A stretch of DNA of 33,731 bases, from IMG/VR virus record IMGVR_UViG_3300032332_000956, positions 1 to 33,731 of that record, one strand, 5' to 3'. A program made the position numbers and the translations under genes. Every line of letters starts with the position of its first letter. The stretch's first letter is position 1. A model generated the notes under the pieces. That model did no database searches, was not told the origin of the DNA, and saw only the letters and a list, made by a program, of their open reading frames with translations. Positions 1-8,320 of this stretch are shown piece by piece. Source of the DNA: a virus (taxonomy: Duplodnaviria > Caudoviricetes).

Positions 1-123
1 TACCAGCAAACCCAAGGTACTGGCAATTTCCGACGGCCACCGCAAAGACGATCTGCTGTGCATGGCAATCCTCACCAAAGCACGACTGCAAGATCAGGGC
101 GCCATGTTTGCCGCTGAATATGA
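1..123. repeat. Terminal overlap copy 1 (identical to 33609-33731)
   Basis: TACCAGCAAACCC...GCTGAATATGA is exact at both ends and falls inside an open reading frame, so it is a circular-assembly overlap. Confidence 0.95.
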
Positions 124-325
124 AGCATGCTCAGGCATATTCTCCGATAACGAATTTTCCAAAAGGGCTGCATACGACGGAGTCATCATTCCAGCCAAGG
201 ACATCGTATTTACGCACAACAATCCTCTCTTCACGGGTGCAGCACAGGACGCGGAATTTAAACGCCACAACGCCAAAGAAAACTACGAGCTAGGCGAAAA
301 AATATTTAAGGAACGTAACCCGTGA
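1..325 (+). CDS. 3' part of the GT2-TPR-GT2 glycosyltransferase that starts at 32248 and wraps the origin
   Basis: ATG 62 equals ATG 33670, in frame with 32248; the 87-aa track ORF is only the C-terminus (SDNEF..HNNP). Confidence 0.9.
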   Translation, partial: TSKPKVLAISDGHRKDDLLCMAILTKARLQDQGAMFAAEYEACSGIFSDNEFSKRAAYDGVIIPAKDIVFTHNNPLFTGAAQDAEFKRHNAKENYELGEKIFKERNP

Positions 326-1086
326 TTCACACCCACAACGCACTGCGTTTGGGAGACAACCTGGTGCAGTTAAACTTTCTGCGTCGGCTATGCCTGCAAA
401 ATCCAGATATTGAGATCACGCACTATCACAATCCAGAGCTGTGCAAGTTTGAGGAGATTGATGCCTTGCGCAGCGATATGTCTTTACGGCTACGCATTCG
501 ACCAATCAGCGAGGCGCCAGCCGATAGCATTGATTCCTGGCGTAATACAGGCGGATATTGGGAGCGTCACCCCGACAAATTAAACTTCGCCAAATTTCAT
601 CTATGTTGGTTTGAGGAATTGGCCAGCAGGATGTGCGTCAAGAATCCGATCCAGAAAGTCGACGATCTTCTGTTTGACTATCCAGCCCTAGATTCCTTTA
701 TTCCGATGGCGCCAGACTGCGACGTCGTCGTGATAAATTCGCCAGGGCTGTCTGGTCAATTCACAAACTTTAACCCCGACGACTTTCGCAATCTAGTATC
801 TAAACTAGTTAGCAAGGGCCATCGGGTAATCAGCACAGTCGATACTGGATTATGCCCGGCATTTGATAACAAGAACGTGACTTGGATAGGTGCAACGGCT
901 GCCAAGGCAAAAGCTGTAATCGGAACATCCACCGGGCCAAGCTGGCCGTGCCTAAACGTTCACAACAAAAACGCCTTCCATTTGCTGTGCGCAGATACCG
1001 AGACAGTCATATTTACCGAACGCGGTCAGATGGCTAGGAGCGGATTTCACGCCCTGCACATTCTTGAAGAGGAGGGCTTGCTGTGA
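322..1086 (+). CDS. Putative GT-B fold (GT9/heptosyltransferase-like) glycosyltransferase
   Basis: N-terminal LRLGDNL motif and C-terminal AKAVIGTSTGPSW resemble the GT9 xGD and DSGPxH motifs; GTGA overlap with upstream gene. Confidence 0.55.
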   Translation: MIHTHNALRLGDNLVQLNFLRRLCLQNPDIEITHYHNPELCKFEEIDALRSDMSLRLRIRPISEAPADSIDSWRNTGGYWERHPDKLNFAKFHLCWFEELASRMCVKNPIQKVDDLLFDYPALDSFIPMAPDCDVVVINSPGLSGQFTNFNPDDFRNLVSKLVSKGHRVISTVDTGLCPAFDNKNVTWIGATAAKAKAVIGTSTGPSWPCLNVHNKNAFHLLCADTETVIFTERGQMARSGFHALHILEEEGLL

Positions 1087-1601
1087 AGAAGGAGCTGACT
1101 CAAGCGATGGATTTATTAGCGACTGATCCGGCCGTCAGGTTTATAGGCTACGGGGTAAAGATAGGCGGCCGGGCGGCAGGCACGCTCAATAATGTTGCGG
1201 ATTCACAACTGATCGAAACGCCTGTCGCTGAAAATCTGATGGTAGGACTGGCCACGGGCCTGAGTTTAGCCGGGCTAAAACCCGTCGTATTTATTGAGCG
1301 GATGGATTTTATTCTCAATGCACTGGACGCCATTGTTAATCACCTGGGCGCAGCCCAGCACATTAGCTGCAATCAATTCAAACCGGCCGCCATCTTGCGG
1401 GTAGTCATAGGAAACAAAAACAAGCCACTCTACACGGGGCCGACCCATACGCAGGACTTCACTGAAGCTCTTAGGAAGATGATCGATTTCTCAATCGTCG
1501 AACTGAAGAAGGAAAGCGTAGTCAGCGACTATCAAAGCGCACTGGACAGATTGAGCGCTGGGACATCCACCATGCTGGTCGAGCGAAAGGATGAGTGGTG
1601 A
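1083..1601 (+). CDS. ThDP-dependent enzyme, E1-beta/transketolase pyrimidine-binding domain only
   Basis: IETPVAENLMVGLATGLSLAGLKPVV, DFILNALDAIVN and GPTHTQ motifs; 172 aa with no transketolase C-terminal domain. Confidence 0.88.
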   Translation: MKKELTQAMDLLATDPAVRFIGYGVKIGGRAAGTLNNVADSQLIETPVAENLMVGLATGLSLAGLKPVVFIERMDFILNALDAIVNHLGAAQHISCNQFKPAAILRVVIGNKNKPLYTGPTHTQDFTEALRKMIDFSIVELKKESVVSDYQSALDRLSAGTSTMLVERKDEW

Positions 1602-2689
1602 AGCAGAACAAATACAGCGACCTCAAAATCTTTTCGTTCCCAAATAAGATCGCCAGCTTTCGCGATGATATTATCACCGCACCCATCTACGTGCGGATTA
1701 AACCGACGAATATCTGTAACCACGCCTGCCGTTTCTGCGTCTATTCTGACGGCACAACTCGGCCCAAGGATCGGCCTGACTTGCACCTACAGGCTGGCAT
1801 GCACACAAGCATGAACGAGCGGGACGTCATGCCACGAGATAAGGCGCTAGAATTAATAGAGGATCTTTCAAGCATGGGAACAAAAGCCGTCACGTTTAGC
1901 GGCGGTGGAGAGCCTTTGCTACATAAAGACATTGTCGAGATTATGACTAAGACAGTTTCGTCTGGTCTGGATCTGTCGATTATTACCAACGGCCAACTGC
2001 TCGCAGGGGAAAGGGCGGAAGTATTGGGCAAGGCAAAGTGGGTGAGGATTTCGATGGACTACACAAGCGCAAAGCAGATGGCTTCGAGCCGTAACGTGCC
2101 TGACAGATCGTTCGATTCAGTGATGCAAAACATAAAAAACTTTTCAAATACCAAAACGGAAAGCTGCGATCTTGGGATTAACTTTATTATTACCCGCTAC
2201 AATTACGAGGGTTTAGTTCCATTTGCCAAGCAGCTCAAAGATGCAGGCGTGAGTAACGTCCGCTTCTCGCCCGTCTACGTTCAAAACTTTAAAGAATATC
2301 ACAACACGATTGCGACTAGGGTGAGGGAACAATTGGTTGAGTGCCAATCATTCTGTGACGATGACTTCACCATTAACACAAGCTACGATCTAAATAGTCC
2401 AAGCAAGTCGCCCGTTCGGCCATTCCATCGCTGTCTTTACGCTCAAGCCGTTTGCGTAGTAGGTGCGGATCTTAATATCTACGCATGCCACAATACCGCA
2501 TACAGTAATCACGGCCGGATTGCCTCAATGAAGGATCAATCCTTTAGTCAGGCATGGTTCGGAGAAGAGGCGAGGGCATGGCATAAAAACTTTAACCCTG
2601 GCGTCAGTTGCCTGCATGAGTGCGCCAATCACGCGAAGGTGGCGCTGTTTGAAAAGCTGGCCACGGATAGCCACGACGCTTTTGTATGA
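1598..2689 (+). CDS. Radical SAM enzyme with C-terminal SPASM/Twitch-like domain
   Basis: CNHACRFC (CxxxCxxC), FSGGGEPLLH, ITNG; C-terminal C..GADLNIYAC..CLHEC; GTG 1598 overlaps the upstream stop. Confidence 0.92.
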   Translation: MKQNKYSDLKIFSFPNKIASFRDDIITAPIYVRIKPTNICNHACRFCVYSDGTTRPKDRPDLHLQAGMHTSMNERDVMPRDKALELIEDLSSMGTKAVTFSGGGEPLLHKDIVEIMTKTVSSGLDLSIITNGQLLAGERAEVLGKAKWVRISMDYTSAKQMASSRNVPDRSFDSVMQNIKNFSNTKTESCDLGINFIITRYNYEGLVPFAKQLKDAGVSNVRFSPVYVQNFKEYHNTIATRVREQLVECQSFCDDDFTINTSYDLNSPSKSPVRPFHRCLYAQAVCVVGADLNIYACHNTAYSNHGRIASMKDQSFSQAWFGEEARAWHKNFNPGVSCLHECANHAKVALFEKLATDSHDAFV

Positions 2690-3300
2690 ACAAGCAGGAT
2701 CTCATTGATTTTGAATTAAGAATCAAAGCTCTATTTGAGCAGGGTAAACTGCCTTATTTGATTCACCTATGCGGGGGGAATGAAGATCAACTGATCGAGA
2801 TATTTAAAGACATTAAGCCAGGCGATTGGATCTTCTCAAGCCATCGATCCCATTATCACTACCTGCTGGCTGGCGGAGATCCCAATTTGCTTAAAGAAAT
2901 GATTAGAGAAGGTCGCTCCATGTTTGTCTTTGACCGCAAACTGAATTTCTACACGTCCAGCGTGTTGGCTGGCACTTGCGGGATAGCGGCCGGAGTGGCG
3001 CACACATTAAAAGAGCAGGGAAGCTCGGCAAAAGTGTGGTGCTTCTTGGGCGATGGAGCTGAAGACGAGGGCCATTTTTATGAGGCCGTGAATTACGTGG
3101 CTGGGGCAGATCTACCCTGCACCTTTATTGTCGAGGATAACGATCGATCCGTAGATACACCGAAGGCAGCCAGGGGTAAGGCCACGATGATTTGGCCCGA
3201 TTGCGTGAAGCGATACCACTACACCCCAACATTTCCGCATGGTGGCGCTGGTTGTAAAGCGATGGTCACATTTGATCCGACTATCCGCCCGATATGGTGA
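2686..3300 (+). CDS. ThDP-dependent enzyme, minimal E1-alpha-like subunit
   Basis: HLCGGNE, SSHRSHYH and ThDP motif GDGAEDEG...EDN; only 204 aa. Confidence 0.9.
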   Translation: MNKQDLIDFELRIKALFEQGKLPYLIHLCGGNEDQLIEIFKDIKPGDWIFSSHRSHYHYLLAGGDPNLLKEMIREGRSMFVFDRKLNFYTSSVLAGTCGIAAGVAHTLKEQGSSAKVWCFLGDGAEDEGHFYEAVNYVAGADLPCTFIVEDNDRSVDTPKAARGKATMIWPDCVKRYHYTPTFPHGGAGCKAMVTFDPTIRPIW

Positions 3301-3317
3301 CAAGAGGCGTCTAAAAT

Positions 3318-3764
3318 ATGCCAGCCGTCACCATGCTCGATCGTTTAATTGAAGCTGCTTTTCAAGAGCTTCTAACTGCAACCGTCACCGGGCCGACGTA
3401 TCACTTGTCGCACGATAAAACAGAAAACATGCCACCTTCGATCGTCATTAAAGCCACCCTGGGTACGGAAGAGCCGGTGCAAGGTTCTGGTGTGTTTAGC
3501 GTTCCAGTCGAAATCATTGTCGATGATTCCTACGACGACACAACTCTGGATGCCCACACCCAAAAGTGCTCAAAGATTCTACAGGTTTTCTATGACTCTA
3601 GCTCGCTGGCTACTAGGTTAAACGCCACGACCGCAATTGGATCTGCACGTTGTTATAACGCTAAGGTGGATTCTGTTGAGCCAGAGGCCGACGATGAAGA
3701 GCGCACAATGCGTCGCACCTATAAACTAGCAGTCATCGCATATCCCAATTCCATTGCGAGTTGA
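3318..3764 (+). CDS. Putative tail terminator/completion protein
   Basis: 148 aa, immediately upstream of the tail tube gene, PxIVI strand pattern; call mostly positional. Confidence 0.5.
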   Translation: MPAVTMLDRLIEAAFQELLTATVTGPTYHLSHDKTENMPPSIVIKATLGTEEPVQGSGVFSVPVEIIVDDSYDDTTLDAHTQKCSKILQVFYDSSSLATRLNATTAIGSARCYNAKVDSVEPEADDEERTMRRTYKLAVIAYPNSIAS

Positions 3765-3767
3765 CAC
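3761..3767 (+). promoter_or_regulatory. TTGACAC late-gene upstream motif (16 nt to ATG 3783)
   Basis: One of a recurring set of TTGACA-N13-16-ATG sites. Confidence 0.7.
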
Positions 3768-3782
3768 AAAATTTAAGGCAAT

Positions 3783-4130
3783 ATGGCAGCCACAACAATC
3801 GGAACTTCTGGCCTACAATTCGGTATCACTGCTGAATCGGGTGGCCTCGTACAATCTTTCACCGAAACTCGTAACGTAGAGCGTGCAGAAATTAGGAACC
3901 AAAGCGGCGAGGTAGTCGGCGCGGCACTCTATAATCCTACTGATACCTTTGCTTTCTCCACCACCATCACGGGCGCTTATGCCACAACGGCAGGCGCAGT
4001 TCTTACAACCTTGGCAAACGCTACCAGCACGGGCGGTAAAATCGTAGTCGATAGCGTCACGGTTAATCGTACCAGCGAAGGATTCGTCACGGTGGACGTA
4101 TCGGCGACTCGATTCCCTAACATGAGCTAA
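3783..4130 (+). CDS. Putative major tail tube protein
   Basis: 115 aa, Thr/Ala/Gly-rich beta pattern, upstream of chaperone and tape measure, followed by a hairpin. Confidence 0.6.
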   Translation: MAATTIGTSGLQFGITAESGGLVQSFTETRNVERAEIRNQSGEVVGAALYNPTDTFAFSTTITGAYATTAGAVLTTLANATSTGGKIVVDSVTVNRTSEGFVTVDVSATRFPNMS

Positions 4131-4148
4131 CCCGCTCCGGCGGGTTTA
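4129..4148 (+). terminator. Hairpin after tail tube gene
   Basis: AACCCGC-TCCG-GCGGGTT, UNCG tetraloop, short T run. Confidence 0.5.
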
Positions 4149-4160
4149 TGAGATCCTAAA

Positions 4161-4535
4161 ATGGTTGATAGCTTCTGGGGAACGACAAACATTAAAGTAG
4201 CTGCGGCAGTCGCAGCCTTTGGCGCAAAGCTGAGAGAATCTGATCCCGTAACCTGCATCGTTGAGGAAGGCGGCCATAGAAAATTCACGTTTTGGTTTAA
4301 TACAGGTGGCGACCAAGATGCTAAGGCCGAAATGGAGCGCGCTTGGGCGGATATGAAATCTGAGCCAGAAGCGGCAATTCGGTATGTCAGGGCAGCGCTT
4401 GAAAACAGGGAAACACTGCTGGGCCTTATGAAACGTGCAGAGCCTATTCTATCGATCAAGCGTGGCAGCCAAACGCTACTTATCTCAGAAAGGGCAAGTC
4501 CCGAACTAAAGCGGGCGATGATTAAAAAACTATGA
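4161..4535 (+). CDS. Hypothetical protein (possibly DUF5659-like)
   Basis: TTNIKVAAAVAAFG...FTFWF pattern; ATGA overlap with next gene. Confidence 0.45.
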   Translation: MVDSFWGTTNIKVAAAVAAFGAKLRESDPVTCIVEEGGHRKFTFWFNTGGDQDAKAEMERAWADMKSEPEAAIRYVRAALENRETLLGLMKRAEPILSIKRGSQTLLISERASPELKRAMIKKL

Positions 4536-4915
4536 GTGAAGAAGCACTACTACAGGAACTGGATAACTCGCTTATCTCGCCCGATCGATTCTTTAAAGAT
4601 CAGAGGCTTGCGCCCTATACCGAGGGCAGTCGCCTGTTGATGCTTCAGGTGAGAGATGATAGCGATTCAGCGATCTACTTTGTCTGGTCGTTTATTTATC
4701 TGCATATCCTGCTGGCAGAAGATCGTAAAAAGACGATCCGCCTAGCTTGGGATAAGGATGCGTTTAGGGAGAAGCTGATGGATTGGATTGTGGAGATGAC
4801 GGAGGACGATCGCAATACCGCCTCAGTCATGTGCTCTGCAATCTTGGCAGAAGCAAATAAGGCGCGGGTAAACGTTATCCCTTCAGCCATAGCCGCACCG
4901 CCGGGAAACGCCTAG
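4532..4915 (+). CDS. Tail assembly chaperone (gpG-like)
   Basis: Ends CCG GGA AAC GCC TAG with in-frame slippery heptamer G GGA AAC at 4903-4909. Confidence 0.8.
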   Translation: MSEEALLQELDNSLISPDRFFKDQRLAPYTEGSRLLMLQVRDDSDSAIYFVWSFIYLHILLAEDRKKTIRLAWDKDAFREKLMDWIVEMTEDDRNTASVMCSAILAEANKARVNVIPSAIAAPPGNA

Positions 4916-5118
4916 CGCCAGGAGGAACCGCCGCGTGCGTGTTTGTCCTGGCAAAACATACAGGCTGGACGATGGAGCATATTCTATGGGAAGTGCCACT
5001 GGCGGCCGTCAATCAGGCTGATCATGTCTTTATGTTTATGGACGGCCTAAAACTAAGTCGTGCGGCTCATATTGAAGGCAAGGAGATCCGTGACATGGAA
5101 AGGCTATTAGGATTATGA
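4903..5118 (+). CDS. Tail assembly chaperone -1 frameshift extension (gpT-like)
   Basis: The -1 frame is open for 71 codons: RLAPGGTAACVFVLAKHTGWTMEHILWEVPL...LLGL*; stop overlaps ATG 5115. Confidence 0.8.
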   Translation, partial: GKRLAPGGTAACVFVLAKHTGWTMEHILWEVPLAAVNQADHVFMFMDGLKLSRAAHIEGKEIRDMERLLGL

Positions 5119-5915
5119 GCGCAAGTTTAACGCTAGATAGAAAAAAAATTGATAAAGCCATTAGCCTATGGGGCAAACTTAATGCAGAAGAGCAAGCAAG
5201 AGAGTTAAGAAAATCGGGCAGATCTCTTGCGGTAAGGCTAGCGAATGCAACTCAGCCTTTTGGATTAAACGCACAGGCCAGAAAAAAAGGCGAAAATGCA
5301 GTTTTAGACGACATTGCTTCAATTACTAAGCCTTTAAATAGGCATTGGATGAATGAGGCGGTGCGTATGAAGCAATTAGATCCCGCTGCCTTTAGGCGTC
5401 GATTTACAAACAAAGACGGAAAGGTTTGGCTACAAGAAGAGGACGTGGAATTAAACTCATCCAGTATTAAGCGATTCCATCAAAGCATGAGAAACAAAGG
5501 CGACGGAAGAACGCGAAGAGCAGGTCAGGGAGATCTTAACATTGGACGACATACGGCAGCTAACCGTGGTTTTATTTTGCAAGTTCAACAACAAAAATAT
5601 ATTAAAGAAACGCAAAAGAAAGTAGGCATCGCAAAGGCTGGATGGGCCGAATGTGCGTCAAGGCTTGGAGGTTTTGACAGCGTAAAAGGCGTTGGCTCAA
5701 TTCAAAACTGGCTGCAAAAGCTTATATCAAAATATGGAAGTGGCTCGGTAGTTATTACAGACAAGTACGTTAAGCTAACGAATAGCATCCCGTGGATAGG
5801 CAGGGCATTAGGACGTTCCGCCTTACGCAAGAGCCTTGACATCCAGCGAGAGACATTAGCCAAAAGCGTGATCGCCATTGTGAAACATAATTCCAAAAAA
5901 GCAGGACTTGCCTAA
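5115..5915 (+). CDS. Putative neck/tail completion protein (HK97 gp10-like, basic)
   Basis: Highly basic; VGIAKAGW and LTNSIPW segments; lies in tail module. Confidence 0.45.
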   Translation: MSASLTLDRKKIDKAISLWGKLNAEEQARELRKSGRSLAVRLANATQPFGLNAQARKKGENAVLDDIASITKPLNRHWMNEAVRMKQLDPAAFRRRFTNKDGKVWLQEEDVELNSSSIKRFHQSMRNKGDGRTRRAGQGDLNIGRHTAANRGFILQVQQQKYIKETQKKVGIAKAGWAECASRLGGFDSVKGVGSIQNWLQKLISKYGSGSVVITDKYVKLTNSIPWIGRALGRSALRKSLDIQRETLAKSVIAIVKHNSKKAGLA

Positions 5916-7397
5916 ATGGACGCCACAGCCACAGCCAAACTTGCTTTAGACGCATCAGGCTTTGATCGCGGTCTACAGCAGGCAAATGCCAGCTTGGACA
6001 AATTTGCAAAGCAGGCTGGGGCAATGTTAGCCGGTGGCTTTGCCTTTGATAAAATAATCTCTGGTTTTAGTTCTGCGATTGAGAAGGGCGATCAACTGCA
6101 AGATTTGGCGAATCGCTTTGGCATATCCGCTTCCGCATTGCAAGAGGTTGGGAATGCCGCATCACTGTCAGGCGCTGGGATTGAAGACGTTGCAAGCGCA
6201 ATGAATAAGCTCGCAGTCAATGCTGGGAAGGCGATCGGCGGTGATGATGCCATGATACAGGCATTTAAAGATATAGGACTTAGTGTTGAACAATTGAAGG
6301 GCATGTCTCCGCAAGATATATTTTTCAAGTTAAGCGAAGCCGTCGCAGGAGCAAACGATCCGCTTCAGGCATTTGCTATGGCACAAGAAGTCGCTGGAAA
6401 AAGCGTAGGCGCGTTAATGGAAACGTTAAGAATGGGGCCAGGGGCAATTCAACAAATGGGCGATGAAATGGGAATTTGGTCGGATGAAACGATCGCACAG
6501 CTCGGAGCCGCGTCTGACGAAATTAAGAAGTTTCAAAATACAATGATTATTGCATTTGGTTCAGCCGCTCAATTCGTAAATCCATTCATTGCGACAATTA
6601 AGAACATGGCCGAGCAGGTCACTATGACTGTAGCTGCTATGAGTGAAGCTATTACTGGCAACTTTGCGGCCGCAAAAGAAATCATGAAGGAGGCGAATAA
6701 AGAACAATTTGCTTCCTTTAAAGTAAAAAGTGCAAAGCCTGGCGCAAAGCCAATTGATCTTGAGGGCGGCACGGCCGGAGGCAAAGCCGCTAAAGCAAAG
6801 GCCGCGAAGGAAGTCGAACAAGCCGAGAAAGACGCAATTAAAGAGCGGACTGACTTGGCGTTAAGCATGCTTAAAAGCGAAGACGCCGAGAAAAAACTGG
6901 CTAACGATTCATACGAGCGCAAAAGGGATACGGAGCGCGAAAGAATGTTAGAAGCGGCCAATCTCGAAGTGAAAGCAGCGCAGGAAAAAATGAAAGCCGA
7001 GAAAGATCAGGCTGAATTACAAAAGAAGGAACAGGATGCCGCCATGAGGAGACCGCGTCTTGAGCAGCAAGCACGCGGGGGCGCAGCAGGGGAAGTGCTT
7101 AACTTTGCAGGCGGGCTAGGCGATCGCGGAATTTCTTCAATGGTAGACCAAGAGCGAAAAAAGGCAGCCAAAGAACAGCAACAAGTAAACCGTAAAGAAT
7201 TCGACGCCAAGGTGATGGAACAAACAAGCGCTACTACAAAAAGTGGAGATCGTCGAGACATGACAAGCAGGCGTCGTGAATTTATTAAAAAAGAAGCGCA
7301 GAAAGAATCTAAGGGAACAAAAACGCTTGCGGATATTTACCAAGTGCTAGATACAGCACTTCAAAAAATAACCTCTTCGCCAATCGTATCCGTATGA
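5916..7397 (+). CDS. Tape measure protein
   Basis: Ala/Lys/Glu-rich helical protein; N-terminal LALDASGFDRGL; LANRFGISASALQ motif; 493 aa. Confidence 0.85.
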   Translation: MDATATAKLALDASGFDRGLQQANASLDKFAKQAGAMLAGGFAFDKIISGFSSAIEKGDQLQDLANRFGISASALQEVGNAASLSGAGIEDVASAMNKLAVNAGKAIGGDDAMIQAFKDIGLSVEQLKGMSPQDIFFKLSEAVAGANDPLQAFAMAQEVAGKSVGALMETLRMGPGAIQQMGDEMGIWSDETIAQLGAASDEIKKFQNTMIIAFGSAAQFVNPFIATIKNMAEQVTMTVAAMSEAITGNFAAAKEIMKEANKEQFASFKVKSAKPGAKPIDLEGGTAGGKAAKAKAAKEVEQAEKDAIKERTDLALSMLKSEDAEKKLANDSYERKRDTERERMLEAANLEVKAAQEKMKAEKDQAELQKKEQDAAMRRPRLEQQARGGAAGEVLNFAGGLGDRGISSMVDQERKKAAKEQQQVNRKEFDAKVMEQTSATTKSGDRRDMTSRRREFIKKEAQKESKGTKTLADIYQVLDTALQKITSSPIVSV

Positions 7398-8068
7398 GTG
7401 CTGTCATATTAGGCTCCCCAGCGTCAGGGCAGAAGATACTGCGAAGGAATGAGTTTTCCACTCAGCGCAATGGGCTGGAATTTATTAACGAAATCTACAC
7501 GATCAGAACGGCTGACAGGACAACAATCCAGCCAGACTTTGAAACCTTGCATAAAGAATTTAGCACAGCTTCTAACAAATATGCCCGCATGGCTGTGGAA
7601 AATGTGGCTTTTAAAGAGATCGACGGGGATTTGAGTGAAATGACGGTATCGTATGTCGGATTAACAAGCGCAAGCGGCTTGCCTCCCGCGTTGGTACGCA
7701 TAATTCCGCAAATGGATAAGGGCGTATTTGGCCCACCTTGCGTGATTAGTGTTGAATATATTAGTGATACAAATATTGGCAAAATAATTTCAGCACTTCC
7801 AGCGGGCACAGTTCTTGGGTTGGGACAAACATCAAAAGTTCCAATGCCAAAATCAATCAATGGAACTGTTTTACCGGCAAATCCTCGTGATCCATACAGC
7901 ACTGGAAATAATCCAGTTCAAACAAGCTCGTTTTTCGCTCCTGGCGGTTATTCAGTATCTGAATACTATGGATATGTTTTAGTTTCTTCTCAGGCTGAAG
8001 AGCGTGGAATATTTGTGGTTGTCGTCAATGAATACGCTGAATCATTTGAGTCAGTATCGGTAAGCTAA
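7394..8068 (+). CDS. Putative tail tip/distal tail protein
   Basis: Directly follows tape measure with ATGA overlap; beta-rich. Confidence 0.5.
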   Translation: MSAVILGSPASGQKILRRNEFSTQRNGLEFINEIYTIRTADRTTIQPDFETLHKEFSTASNKYARMAVENVAFKEIDGDLSEMTVSYVGLTSASGLPPALVRIIPQMDKGVFGPPCVISVEYISDTNIGKIISALPAGTVLGLGQTSKVPMPKSINGTVLPANPRDPYSTGNNPVQTSSFFAPGGYSVSEYYGYVLVSSQAEERGIFVVVVNEYAESFESVSVS

Positions 8069-8069
8069 T

Positions 8070-8300
8070 ATGGCCACGGCACGCCTTAAAGAGATCACGG
8101 CCGGGAAGCTAAACCTAGAATTCTTTAATAAGATTATTAAAAGGATTGAGGGCATCAAACCCCTAGCAGGCAGTTTTTTAAAAGTCGTGGAGGAAACAGA
8201 TGGAATCAGAATCTCTTTAGATAATGCGGAAGTAAAAGAGCTAAACGTGTGCAAAAATGGTGTGCCGGATACGATTAAGGTATTTGTCCAGAAAACCTAA
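8070..8300 (+). CDS. Hypothetical tail-module protein
   Basis: 76-aa ORF that fills the gap in the operon. Confidence 0.55.
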   Translation: MATARLKEITAGKLNLEFFNKIIKRIEGIKPLAGSFLKVVEETDGIRISLDNAEVKELNVCKNGVPDTIKVFVQKT

Positions 8301-8301
8301 A

Positions 8302-8308
8302 TTGACAC
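8302..8308 (+). promoter_or_regulatory. TTGACAC late-gene upstream motif (13 nt to ATG 8321)
   Basis: Recurring motif. Confidence 0.7.
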
Positions 8309-8320
8309 AAGAAAAGCATT

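Noticed and set aside
1083-3300. E1 alpha/beta as a pyruvate dehydrogenase auxiliary metabolic gene
   Set aside because: Both subunits are truncated, E2/E3 are absent, and they are coupled to glycosyltransferases in the structural operon
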